From a virus: a stretch of DNA of 64,000 bases. How positions within the stretch are numbered: the first letter of the stretch is position 1; each line of letters starts with the position of its first letter. Positions 8,507 to 16,205 of the stretch are shown here, in pieces. The notes under the pieces were generated by a model. It had not been told where the DNA came from, did no database searches, and worked only from the letters and a program-made list of their open reading frames with translations. A program made the translations under genes and the position numbers. The stretch lies in the IMG/VR virus record IMGVR_UViG_3300044832_000053, positions 1-64,000 of that record; one strand, 5' to 3'.

Positions 8507-9526
8507 ATGTCCCAGGAAACCAGCGTCTGGCTGAACACCATGACGCTCATCGGCTTCACCGACAAGCGCGGGACCGCCTGGCACTACCGGGAGTCCGAGC
8601 AGGGTGAGCGGCCGAACCACTACCCGGGTGCGATCCCCGAGGCCGACGTCATCGAGCGCCTGTTCGACTGGGAGCCTGAGGTCGGATTCGGTGAGACCAC
8701 GGTCCGGCGAGGCGGCCAGGATGTCCGCATCGTGGACACCAGCCGCAAGACCATCGTGCACCCCAAGACCGATGCCATCCTCGGCCAGTTCATGGACAGC
8801 TACCAGCCGCACGGCTACAAGCAGTGGCTGCTGACCAACCTGCGGCTGCTGCTCCAGGGCGGCGGGCTGGGCCTGTCATCGGCTGGCCTGCTCAAGGCCG
8901 GTGCCCAGGGATGGGTGCAGGCCGAGCTGGAGGAGACCCAGGAAGTCGCCGGTATCCAGTTCCGGCCCTTCGTGACCGCGTTCACCTCGCTGGATGGGTC
9001 GCTGGCCACCAACTACATCACCGGGGCCCAGCTCGTGGTGTGCGACAACACCCTGGGCCGGGCGCGCTCCAGCGCCGCAGCCAAGTACCGGGTGAAGCAC
9101 TCCAGCCGCTCGCTGGGGCGCATCCCGGAGATCCAGGACGCCCTCGGCCTGGCCAGCGACACCGCTGACGAGATCACTTCCGAGCTGGAGAACCTGATCG
9201 CCACCGACGTGGACGAGAAGGCATGGCAGCGGTTCCTGGACCTGGAGGCCCCGGTGCCCGCAGACCTGCCGAAGGGCCGGAAGCGGACCAACGCCGAGAA
9301 CCACCGGGACGCGCTGATCAACCTCTACCACAATGACCTGCGCGTCCAGCCCTGGGCGGGCACTGCGTTCGGCGTGGTGCAGGCGGTCAACACCTACGAC
9401 ACCCACGTCAGGACGGTCAAGGGCTCCGAGCGGGCCGAGCGGAACGCCGACAAGATGGTGACCGGCGCATTCGGCAAGCTGACTGCTGACACGATCGAGA
9501 AGGTCAACCTGGCCCTCGTGGCCTGA
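8507..9526 (+). CDS. DUF932 family protein (TIGR03299-like)
   Basis: AWH, SAGLLKAG, SLDGS, VVCDNTL, VKH, GTAFGVVQAVNTY..H. Confidence 0.88.
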   Translation: MSQETSVWLNTMTLIGFTDKRGTAWHYRESEQGERPNHYPGAIPEADVIERLFDWEPEVGFGETTVRRGGQDVRIVDTSRKTIVHPKTDAILGQFMDSYQPHGYKQWLLTNLRLLLQGGGLGLSSAGLLKAGAQGWVQAELEETQEVAGIQFRPFVTAFTSLDGSLATNYITGAQLVVCDNTLGRARSSAAAKYRVKHSSRSLGRIPEIQDALGLASDTADEITSELENLIATDVDEKAWQRFLDLEAPVPADLPKGRKRTNAENHRDALINLYHNDLRVQPWAGTAFGVVQAVNTYDTHVRTVKGSERAERNADKMVTGAFGKLTADTIEKVNLALVA

Positions 9527-9533
9527 CCAGACC

Positions 9534-9571
9534 GGCCCGGCGCACCTGTCCCGCTCCCCGTGCGCCGGGCC
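9534..9571 (+). terminator. Hairpin after DUF932 gene
   Basis: GGCCCGGCGCAC / GTGCGCCGGGCC 12-bp stem. Confidence 0.5.
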
Positions 9572-9595
9572 GCTTATGCGTTGAGAGGAGGACCC

Positions 9596-9886
9596 ATGGC
9601 CGGATTCCCGAAGGGCACCGTGCTCTACGGGGAGCACCATGGCCTGGGCTCCTTCGCGGCCACGGCCGCGTTCCTGAACGACCGCTACAGCCCCGACCCG
9701 CCGCTCAAGCGCCAGCACATTCACAACTGGTGGAAGCGCGGCACGGTGAACAAGGCGGGCCAGCCGTTCCCCCAGCCGGTCCGCGAGAGCAGGCGGGGGC
9801 CCAAAACCGTGCGCGAGTTCGCGCTCGGGGACGTCTCGATCTGGTACTCCGCCGGGGTCAACCTCGGCCGCCGGACCCGGGAATAG
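9596..9886 (+). CDS. Putative HTH/excisionase-like DNA-binding protein
   Basis: GAGGAG RBS; RQHIHNWWKRG...FPQP...REF...DV..WY resembles AlpA/Xis wHTH. Confidence 0.55.
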   Translation: MAGFPKGTVLYGEHHGLGSFAATAAFLNDRYSPDPPLKRQHIHNWWKRGTVNKAGQPFPQPVRESRRGPKTVREFALGDVSIWYSAGVNLGRRTRE

Positions 9887-9904
9887 TCTGTTGACATCCT
9901 TGTT
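9887..9904 (+). promoter_or_regulatory. Copy of TCTGTTGACATCCTTGTT motif
   Basis: 18-bp identity with 8439-8456; intergenic. Confidence 0.6.
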
Positions 9905-9953
9905 ATACCAGGTGGAAGGCCCCGGAAACACCGGGACCGGGAAGATCAAGATC

Positions 9954-10250
9954 ATGATTCCGAACTATCCGTACCCTGAGGACACCGGCCAGGACATCAC
10001 CGTCCCGGCGGGCATGACTGAGGTCCGGTCGATCTCTGCCATCGCGATAGAGATCATGAACGACTGGTCAAAGGTCTACTTCGGGGCCGAGCCCTACCTG
10101 GGCGCGATGCTCCGGCTGGACAAGGTGACCGACCGCTACGGTCATGAGACAGGTGCGGAAATAATCCTCCGCTTCCTGGTCAACGCCAAAACCTGGCGAG
10201 GCGAGACCGCCCGGCGCATCAAGGCCGAGCTGAAAGAGATGATCAAGTGA
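9954..10250 (+). CDS. Conserved phage hypothetical protein
   Basis: DWSKVYFGAEPYLGAM...FLVNAKTWRGETARRIKAELK is a recognisable widespread phage family. Confidence 0.75.
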   Translation: MIPNYPYPEDTGQDITVPAGMTEVRSISAIAIEIMNDWSKVYFGAEPYLGAMLRLDKVTDRYGHETGAEIILRFLVNAKTWRGETARRIKAELKEMIK

Positions 10251-10666
10251 CCCTGGAGGACCGGCGGGCGCAACTGGCCAGCCAGATCGCTGAGCCAGGC
10301 CCCGCCGACCGTGCCGACCTGGACCGCTGGCTGGACGACTGCCGGGCGCAGAGCGAGCGGCTGGACGAGGAACACCGGCTGCTCGGGATCGGCCGCACTG
10401 CGGCGGTCTGCATGACGCATGAGATCACCGGCTCCTGGGCCTCTGCCACAGCCAGCCGGTGGTATCTGGCCCTGCCTGAGCGATACATGACCCTGGACAG
10501 CATGTCCCGGCCGGACTGGAATCACAGCCACTATCCGCACGACGAGCACGGGCACATCGGCCGGGTGACCACCCGCCAGCGCCCAGAGACCGAGGCAGAC
10601 ACCAGGACGGAGCAACTGGTAGCCGTCATCCTGGCGGACCTGGCCGAGAAGGGGGGGTCAGCCTGA
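10247..10666 (+). CDS. Hypothetical protein
   Basis: GTGA overlap; GC3-rich. Confidence 0.6.
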   Translation: MTLEDRRAQLASQIAEPGPADRADLDRWLDDCRAQSERLDEEHRLLGIGRTAAVCMTHEITGSWASATASRWYLALPERYMTLDSMSRPDWNHSHYPHDEHGHIGRVTTRQRPETEADTRTEQLVAVILADLAEKGGSA

Positions 10667-10926
10667 TGAGGATCTGGGCGGGCACCCGGCACCTGGGGTT
10701 CAGCTTCAAGGCCCCGCACTGGGGCTTCTGGCGGTTCTTCTGGACCTACGCAGCCGTCATCCTGGTCGCGGGCTGGCCGTGGGGAGTCTTCCACGGCTGG
10801 CTCGCGTGGGTAATCGGCCTGGCGTGGATCGCGGTCATAGCAATCATCGCCACCCTGGTACTGACCGCCCGCTGGACCGGGGCGCACCCGAAGGACGAGG
10901 ACACCGAGAACGTCGCCGGGCACTGA
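10666..10926 (+). CDS. Small Trp-rich membrane protein
   Basis: Two hydrophobic segments; TGATG coupling. Confidence 0.65.
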   Translation: MRIWAGTRHLGFSFKAPHWGFWRFFWTYAAVILVAGWPWGVFHGWLAWVIGLAWIAVIAIIATLVLTARWTGAHPKDEDTENVAGH

Positions 10927-10981
10927 CCCGGCGGTGAAGTTGCACAACCACGATCAAGATCAAGAGACAAGGATCACAAGC

Positions 10982-11404
10982 ATGCGTATCGAGCAGGCAG
11001 TTGCGTTCGTGAACGACCTGGTCTTCCGCCCCGGCTGGAAGATCTCAGCCCGGCCCAGCTACCCGATGCGGGGCGGCGACTGGCAGGCCGGGGCCTGGGA
11101 CAGGATCATGGTGACCCTCCGGGTTGAGACGGTGGACACCAACCAGGAGCACGCTCCCGAGTACCGCAAGGCCAAGATCATCGAGCACGACTTCGAGGTG
11201 ATCATCCCCCAGCTCGATGAGGATGACCTGCTGTACGAGGTGCTGCGGGGAATCGCGGATCTCAACGACCACGAGGACCGCGAGTTCCTCCGCCAGCGCA
11301 GCAAGGACTACTACGCCCCGCTGCACCCGCACAAGATGGATGGCCAGCTCAGGCTGATGTCCGCCAAGGTCCGGCACGCCGACCGCGCGTTCGCCAGCCG
11401 GTGA
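10982..11404 (+). CDS. Hypothetical protein
   Basis: AAGGA RBS and GATCAAGATCAAG leader; FRPGW...HEDREF. Confidence 0.7.
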   Translation: MRIEQAVAFVNDLVFRPGWKISARPSYPMRGGDWQAGAWDRIMVTLRVETVDTNQEHAPEYRKAKIIEHDFEVIIPQLDEDDLLYEVLRGIADLNDHEDREFLRQRSKDYYAPLHPHKMDGQLRLMSAKVRHADRAFASR

Positions 11405-11541
11405 GCGAGCTGGCCAGCGGGACGGGCACCGATCCGGCAACGGACCGCTGCCCGTCCTGCGGGCACCTGTGGGAAGAACCCTGCTGGTGCCTGTGCTGCG
11501 GCCTTGGCCGCGACGATGATCAAGATCAAGGAGGAGACACG

Positions 11542-11943
11542 GTGGAGACCACCACCAGGCAGTTCAGTGCGGACGAGATCCGCAGCTACATCGGGGCCAA
11601 GTACGGCCCCGGGACCGGCCGCGTCATCGAGCGGCTCAACACCTGGCTGGCCCGGGGCGACGGGGTAGCCGTCTACGAGAATGCCGACCTGGGTCACCGC
11701 GAGTTCGGCTGGCCCCAGCTCGCCTCGTTCGGGTCGATCAACTCCCAGCTCGAACCCCGGTGCGGCACCTGCGGGATGTCCGCCGAGGAGGACGAGTCCG
11801 GCAACTGGGTTCACTGCGTGGTGCGTGTTCCAGACGACCACGCCGTGGACTACCCAGGCCCGCCGCAGAAGATGCCCGACGTGGGCGGGCGGATCAATTT
11901 CCGCTACCAGCTCCAGGGCATCTACCGGGGTGATCAGCTCTGA
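11542..11943 (+). CDS. Hypothetical protein (frame open from 11401)
   Basis: AAGGAGGAG RBS before GTG at 11542; CxxC...W.H insert. Confidence 0.65.
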   Translation: METTTRQFSADEIRSYIGAKYGPGTGRVIERLNTWLARGDGVAVYENADLGHREFGWPQLASFGSINSQLEPRCGTCGMSAEEDESGNWVHCVVRVPDDHAVDYPGPPQKMPDVGGRINFRYQLQGIYRGDQL

Positions 11944-12167
11944 TGGAGAAGATCAAGATCGTCTGGATGGACGACCAGGTCAAGACCTTCTTCGTCCAGA
12001 CCGGCACCATGTTCGTGAAGGATGGCGTGCTCTACATGAACGTGATGGATGAGACCCAGGCTGACCGCGAGCACGGCCGTGCCCCGAAGTCAGGGCCACG
12101 CCGCGTCCGCTATCCGCTGTCCAACATCCGCTGGTATGGCGACCCCGGGAAGGAGATCACGTGGTGA
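11943..12167 (+). CDS. Hypothetical protein
   Basis: TGATG coupling. Confidence 0.65.
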   Translation: MEKIKIVWMDDQVKTFFVQTGTMFVKDGVLYMNVMDETQADREHGRAPKSGPRRVRYPLSNIRWYGDPGKEITW

Positions 12168-12529
12168 ACGGGTACTCGAACCGGGAGCACCAGAATGCCG
12201 ACCAGGCGGCCCGCAGGCGGGCCCTGACGGCCATTGACCACATGAAGCAGGAACTGTCTTCCCTGGAGCGCCGGATCACTTACAGCGGCACTCACGTGGA
12301 CGCCAGCGAGACTCAGCGCCTGGCCAGCCTGGTCCGGGACCTGACCGAGTACCTGGCCGTCCAGGAGACCCTGCGCGAGGTGCGCGAGTGGGATGCGGCC
12401 GATCAGGCTGAGGCTGCTGCGAACCTGGCTGGTGAGCCCAGGGGCGTTCAGGACGTGGTCCAGGGCAGGGCGGGTCGCAGCTCCGACCCAGCCCTGGCGG
12501 CCAGGCGGAAAGCCAGAGGATCATCCTGA
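12164..12529 (+). CDS. Hypothetical helical protein
   Basis: AAGGAG RBS; GTGA overlap. Confidence 0.65.
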   Translation: MNGYSNREHQNADQAARRRALTAIDHMKQELSSLERRITYSGTHVDASETQRLASLVRDLTEYLAVQETLREVREWDAADQAEAAANLAGEPRGVQDVVQGRAGRSSDPALAARRKARGSS

Positions 12530-12537
12530 CCCGCGCA

Positions 12538-12568
12538 CAGAGGGCCCGGCCAGTGGCCGGGCCCTCTG
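12538..12568. terminator. Probable bidirectional terminator between convergent arms
   Basis: CAGAGGGCCCGGCCA-G-TGGCCGGGCCCTCTG perfect inverted repeat where + and - operons meet. Confidence 0.7.
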
Positions 12569-12596
12569 CCTGCAACCCCCAGCGCAGGATTGTGGG

Positions 12597-13355
12597 TCAG
12601 GTATGCGCGAGCCCGTTCACGCCGACGGAGAACGAGGTGCCCGCACCCGAGATAGAGGGGACCAGGACCGGCGTGGTGCCGATGACACCCTCAACTGGCT
12701 GCGTGGTGAACCAGCTATTGAACCCGTTCACCTTCCCGTTCGCGGTGGTCAGTCCCACATTCGTGAAGGCCGCGAGCTTGCCGCCAGGCTGCGGGGAGGC
12801 CGCATTGCGGTCCTCGGCACCAGCACCTGCCAGCCGGAACACCAGGCCGGATGCGACACCGTGCTCGGTCCGGTTGGTCTGGATGGCCTGGGTAACGTCG
12901 CGCAGGGTGAAGACGATCGTCCCGGCCGCCGAGTTGTAGCTCACCGCGTAGGTCACGGTGTCGCCCCGGTGAATCGTGAAGGCGGAGTGCGACATCAGCG
13001 ACGGGGAGCCGCCGAGCTGGGTCCAGAAGACGTCATAGTCGGTCAGGCCCGGGTTGGCGGTGATGCCGATGGCAGCCTCGGGGCCGCCGTGGTAGCGCTG
13101 GAGGTGAACGCCCAGGGACACGTTGTTGTCGTCGGTCGCCCGGCGCAGGTACGTGCTGGCGGTGACCGCCTTGAAGTTCGCACCGGAGTTGACCACCTCG
13201 TAGCCAGCCTGGCAGCCGCCAGCCGGTGCCGGGCAGGCCGTGGTGCGGTCCCCGACGATGGAAGCTCCCGCGCCCGTGGCGAATATCCCGAGCAATGACA
13301 GCGCGAACGTTGCGGCTACCGCACCGGCCGCAGCCAGTCTCATCCTGAGATGCAT
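12597..13355 (-). CDS. Secreted beta-rich protein, possibly G1 peptidase-like fold
   Basis: Signal peptide MHLRMRLAAAG...AGA; AGYEV...FKAVTAS; GDTV. Confidence 0.6.
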   Translation of the reverse strand: MHLRMRLAAAGAVAATFALSLLGIFATGAGASIVGDRTTACPAPAGGCQAGYEVVNSGANFKAVTASTYLRRATDDNNVSLGVHLQRYHGGPEAAIGITANPGLTDYDVFWTQLGGSPSLMSHSAFTIHRGDTVTYAVSYNSAAGTIVFTLRDVTQAIQTNRTEHGVASGLVFRLAGAGAEDRNAASPQPGGKLAAFTNVGLTTANGKVNGFNSWFTTQPVEGVIGTTPVLVPSISGAGTSFSVGVNGLAHT

Positions 13356-13470
13356 GGTTGGTGATCCTTCCGATCTTGGGTCCTGATCAAAGGGGGGCAG
13401 CAGCTCTGCCGCCCCGTGCGTGGACCACCCTAGACCCCGACAGCCCAGGGTGCACAGGGTCTCCGGTCCG

Positions 13471-13785
13471 TCAGTTGGACATGCCCCGGACCGACGGGTC
13501 ATCCATCAGGTCGCGGTGAGCCTGCTCGCGGGCCTCATCAGCCCGCTTGACTACCAGGCCCTGGACGGCCATCACGCCCGCCTGCTCGGAGTTCAGCCGG
13601 ACCTTGTCCCCGATCTTGTGCCTCTTGCCGTCCGGGCCGTTGTGGTCCATGACCACCTCGTACTCTTCGAGGTCAGCCACGCCGTCCGCGAACGTGCCGG
13701 GCTCGGGCTGCCTACCCCGCTCAGCCTCCTCCGCCGCGTCCTTCTCCGCTGCCTTCTGCTCTGTCTTCGCCCTGGAATCAGTCAT
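13471..13785 (-). CDS. Hypothetical protein
   Basis: AGGAGG RBS; charged composition. Confidence 0.7.
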   Translation of the reverse strand: MTDSRAKTEQKAAEKDAAEEAERGRQPEPGTFADGVADLEEYEVVMDHNGPDGKRHKIGDKVRLNSEQAGVMAVQGLVVKRADEAREQAHRDLMDDPSVRGMSN

Positions 13786-13807
13786 GGGAATCGCCTCCTG
13801 GGGACGA

Positions 13808-14287
13808 TCATGCCCCAGGCGGGGGCGTGACGGGAGGATCTGGCGGCCGGGCCGTGACCGGGTAAGTGCCCAGGATCGGGTCAGGCTCGCCAGCCGGGTG
13901 GGGTTCCTCTGGTGGCGGTCCGACCGCCGCGAAGGAGTGTGACCACATCCCGTGCGGGTCCAGCAGGTCAGCTATCTGCTGGACGTTGACCCGGGCGTAT
14001 CTGTCGTGCTTCTGGTACTCATGGACGGTTGCCAGCGTCCTGGTCACGGCCGCGATGGCGTCCGCGCCAGCCGGGCTGTGGGTATGCGGCGCGAGGTAGG
14101 CCGTGATGAAGTAGGCGATCAGGGCGACCGCTGCGGGCACCGCCGCCTTGACCGGGTCAGGAACCGAGGCGGGAAGCAGGCTCACGATGAGGGCCGCGAT
14201 GGCTCCCGTGGACAGCCCGGCGATCCCGCCGCGCTTGACCTTGGCCTCCAGGGGGGCACGCGGCGCGGCTGGCGAGGGAGCGCTCAT
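13808..14287 (-). CDS. Holin
   Basis: Two TM helices ending YLAPHT; directly downstream of endolysin. Confidence 0.7.
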   Translation of the reverse strand: MSAPSPAAPRAPLEAKVKRGGIAGLSTGAIAALIVSLLPASVPDPVKAAVPAAVALIAYFITAYLAPHTHSPAGADAIAAVTRTLATVHEYQKHDRYARVNVQQIADLLDPHGMWSHSFAAVGPPPEEPHPAGEPDPILGTYPVTARPPDPPVTPPPGA

Positions 14288-15366
14288 GACCAGCCGTACC
14301 CGGCCTGGCCGCCCGGGGTGGTGATCTCCAGCGAGACCACGTCGTGCCCGTCACAGGGCACCTGGACCAGCGGGCTGTCGATGGTGATCTTCGGTGTGGA
14401 GATGTCCCACTGGTGCCCGCCGGGCTTGTGCAGGGCAACCCGGACGTCCACCTCCTGGAGGCTCTGCGCACCCGGGTCACTGACCAGCACCAGGTGCTTG
14501 GCGGACGAGGGCACGACGTCGCAGTGCGGGCTTCGGATGATGGCGGACACGTTGTCTCCCTTGAGTTGAGGCTGGCCGGGCGGAACTGGGACAGGACCCG
14601 GACCGGGCCCTGGGTTCAGCATCCCGGTCATGGCCACTGACTTGAACTGGGCCAGGCAGGAGGCGACGTCTGCCGCGCTCTGCCTGCCCGCGTAGCTGCC
14701 CCGGAAGGCATTGAAGTCGATCTTCGAGCCATTGAAGTCCATCGTGTCGGTGTACTGGCCGACGGTCGCGTGGGTGTACCCGCCGTAGCCCTGCCACAGC
14801 GTGAAGGAGTCGTTGTCGGAGTACCCGGCGTACCCCGATGTCCACAGCAGAACGCCCCGGCTGATCAGGGGCTCCAGGCTGGGCGAGCCCAGCGCCAGCC
14901 AGTACCAGTGCGGGAGATAGGCGAGATGGAGCACCCCGCCAAGGTGCCGGTAGGCGTCGATGAACTGGGTGGCGGTGCCGATGCCGGGGGCAGAGAAGTA
15001 GGCCGAGACAGGGGCGGCCCGCAGCGCCGTGGCCACGGCGCTGACCGAGTGCCCGAGATCATGTCCCTCGCCGTCTCCCTCGGACAGCTTGAGGGCCGAC
15101 CCGACGGGCTCGATGTCAAGCATCAGCGGGGTGCCGGACCCGACGATCGTGTGGGCCAGCTTCGCCTGGCTGGCCGGGTCCGAGCGGGACTCCAGGAAGT
15201 GGTAGCCGAGCTGGAAAGCGTTGTGCTGGCGGGCCTGGAGGACATGGCCTCCGTAGGCAATGTCAGTCAGCCAGTTCCCCTCGCTGGAGCGGGCACATAC
15301 CGCCACCGCGCCGGAGAGGCTGATCCCCCGCTGGAACTGGGACACGTCAGGGAAGAAGATCGTCAT
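14284..15366 (-). CDS. Endolysin, GH25 muramidase-like
   Basis: DVSQFQ, RSSEG, GYHF, LDIE, LWTSGY, QYT, DFN; Pro linker and C-terminal domain. Confidence 0.88.
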   Translation of the reverse strand: MTIFFPDVSQFQRGISLSGAVAVCARSSEGNWLTDIAYGGHVLQARQHNAFQLGYHFLESRSDPASQAKLAHTIVGSGTPLMLDIEPVGSALKLSEGDGEGHDLGHSVSAVATALRAAPVSAYFSAPGIGTATQFIDAYRHLGGVLHLAYLPHWYWLALGSPSLEPLISRGVLLWTSGYAGYSDNDSFTLWQGYGGYTHATVGQYTDTMDFNGSKIDFNAFRGSYAGRQSAADVASCLAQFKSVAMTGMLNPGPGPGPVPVPPGQPQLKGDNVSAIIRSPHCDVVPSSAKHLVLVSDPGAQSLQEVDVRVALHKPGGHQWDISTPKITIDSPLVQVPCDGHDVVSLEITTPGGQAGYGWS

Positions 15367-15405
15367 CAGTTCTCCTGGTCTTGGATCGTGCTCTGGCCCC
15401 GCAGC

Positions 15406-15825
15406 CTACGCTCCTGAGCAATTGGGCGGGTCCGGGACCGGATGGGCGGAGCGCTGCTGGGTGACGACTTTCAGGACGTGCTGGTAATCGTGGTAAGCGG
15501 ACAGGTCAGCAGCATCCCGCTGCGCCTGGGTCTGCCCTGGCACGATGGTGAACACCGTCGTGATCAGCTTGCTGGTCGCGTTGTTGATGTCATTGGCCAG
15601 CGTCGTCCTGATCTTCTGGACATGTGAATAGGCGGTGTTGTACCTGACCTGGCACCGGGTCACCGCCGCGAGATGGCCGGTTGAGTCCGCGAGGTTCTGC
15701 TGCCGCCAGGTCAGCCAGCCGGTGGCCACGGCGATCAGCAGCACGAGGGCCGACTCGATGAGGACGATCCGCATGATCCTGGAGGCTTCCTCATGGACCT
15801 CCGCGATGCCCGGGGGCACGGTCAT
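15406..15825 (-). CDS. Membrane protein (lysis region)
   Basis: Single TM helix then helical region with two Cys. Confidence 0.65.
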   Translation of the reverse strand: MTVPPGIAEVHEEASRIMRIVLIESALVLLIAVATGWLTWRQQNLADSTGHLAAVTRCQVRYNTAYSHVQKIRTTLANDINNATSKLITTVFTIVPGQTQAQRDAADLSAYHDYQHVLKVVTQQRSAHPVPDPPNCSGA

Positions 15826-15844
15826 CTCAAGGTTCCCCTTTTGT

Positions 15845-16186
15845 TCAGTGGAATAGGGTCAGGAAAATGCTTATGACGGTAATGACCGACGCAAGACCGG
15901 CGGCAGCGGCGAATACCTTCTGGAAATTCGCCCATTTCCTCGCCGCAATATCCCGCTGGGCGTCATCAGCGTCTTTCAGGGCCTCAGCGGTGGCCAGTGT
16001 CGTGCTGTCCCGGGACCGTGCCTCGTCCCGGATCGCCTGCATAGTCAGGTTCATCTGGTGCATCTCGTTACCGAGACGCTCGATGCTGCCATTGATGGCA
16101 GTGAAATGCCGGTCATGCTGCGCGAGTTTCTCCGCAACAGTTCCTGCGTCTCTCCCGCGCTGGAACTCGGAGCCATCTGCCGTCAA
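15845..16186 (-). CDS. Coiled-coil membrane protein (lysis region)
   Basis: TTG start with GGAGG RBS; C-terminal TM helix. Confidence 0.65.
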   Translation of the reverse strand: MTADGSEFQRGRDAGTVAEKLAQHDRHFTAINGSIERLGNEMHQMNLTMQAIRDEARSRDSTTLATAEALKDADDAQRDIAARKWANFQKVFAAAAGLASVITVISIFLTLFH

Positions 16187-16205
16187 CCCCCCGTCCCTCC
16201 TGCTT

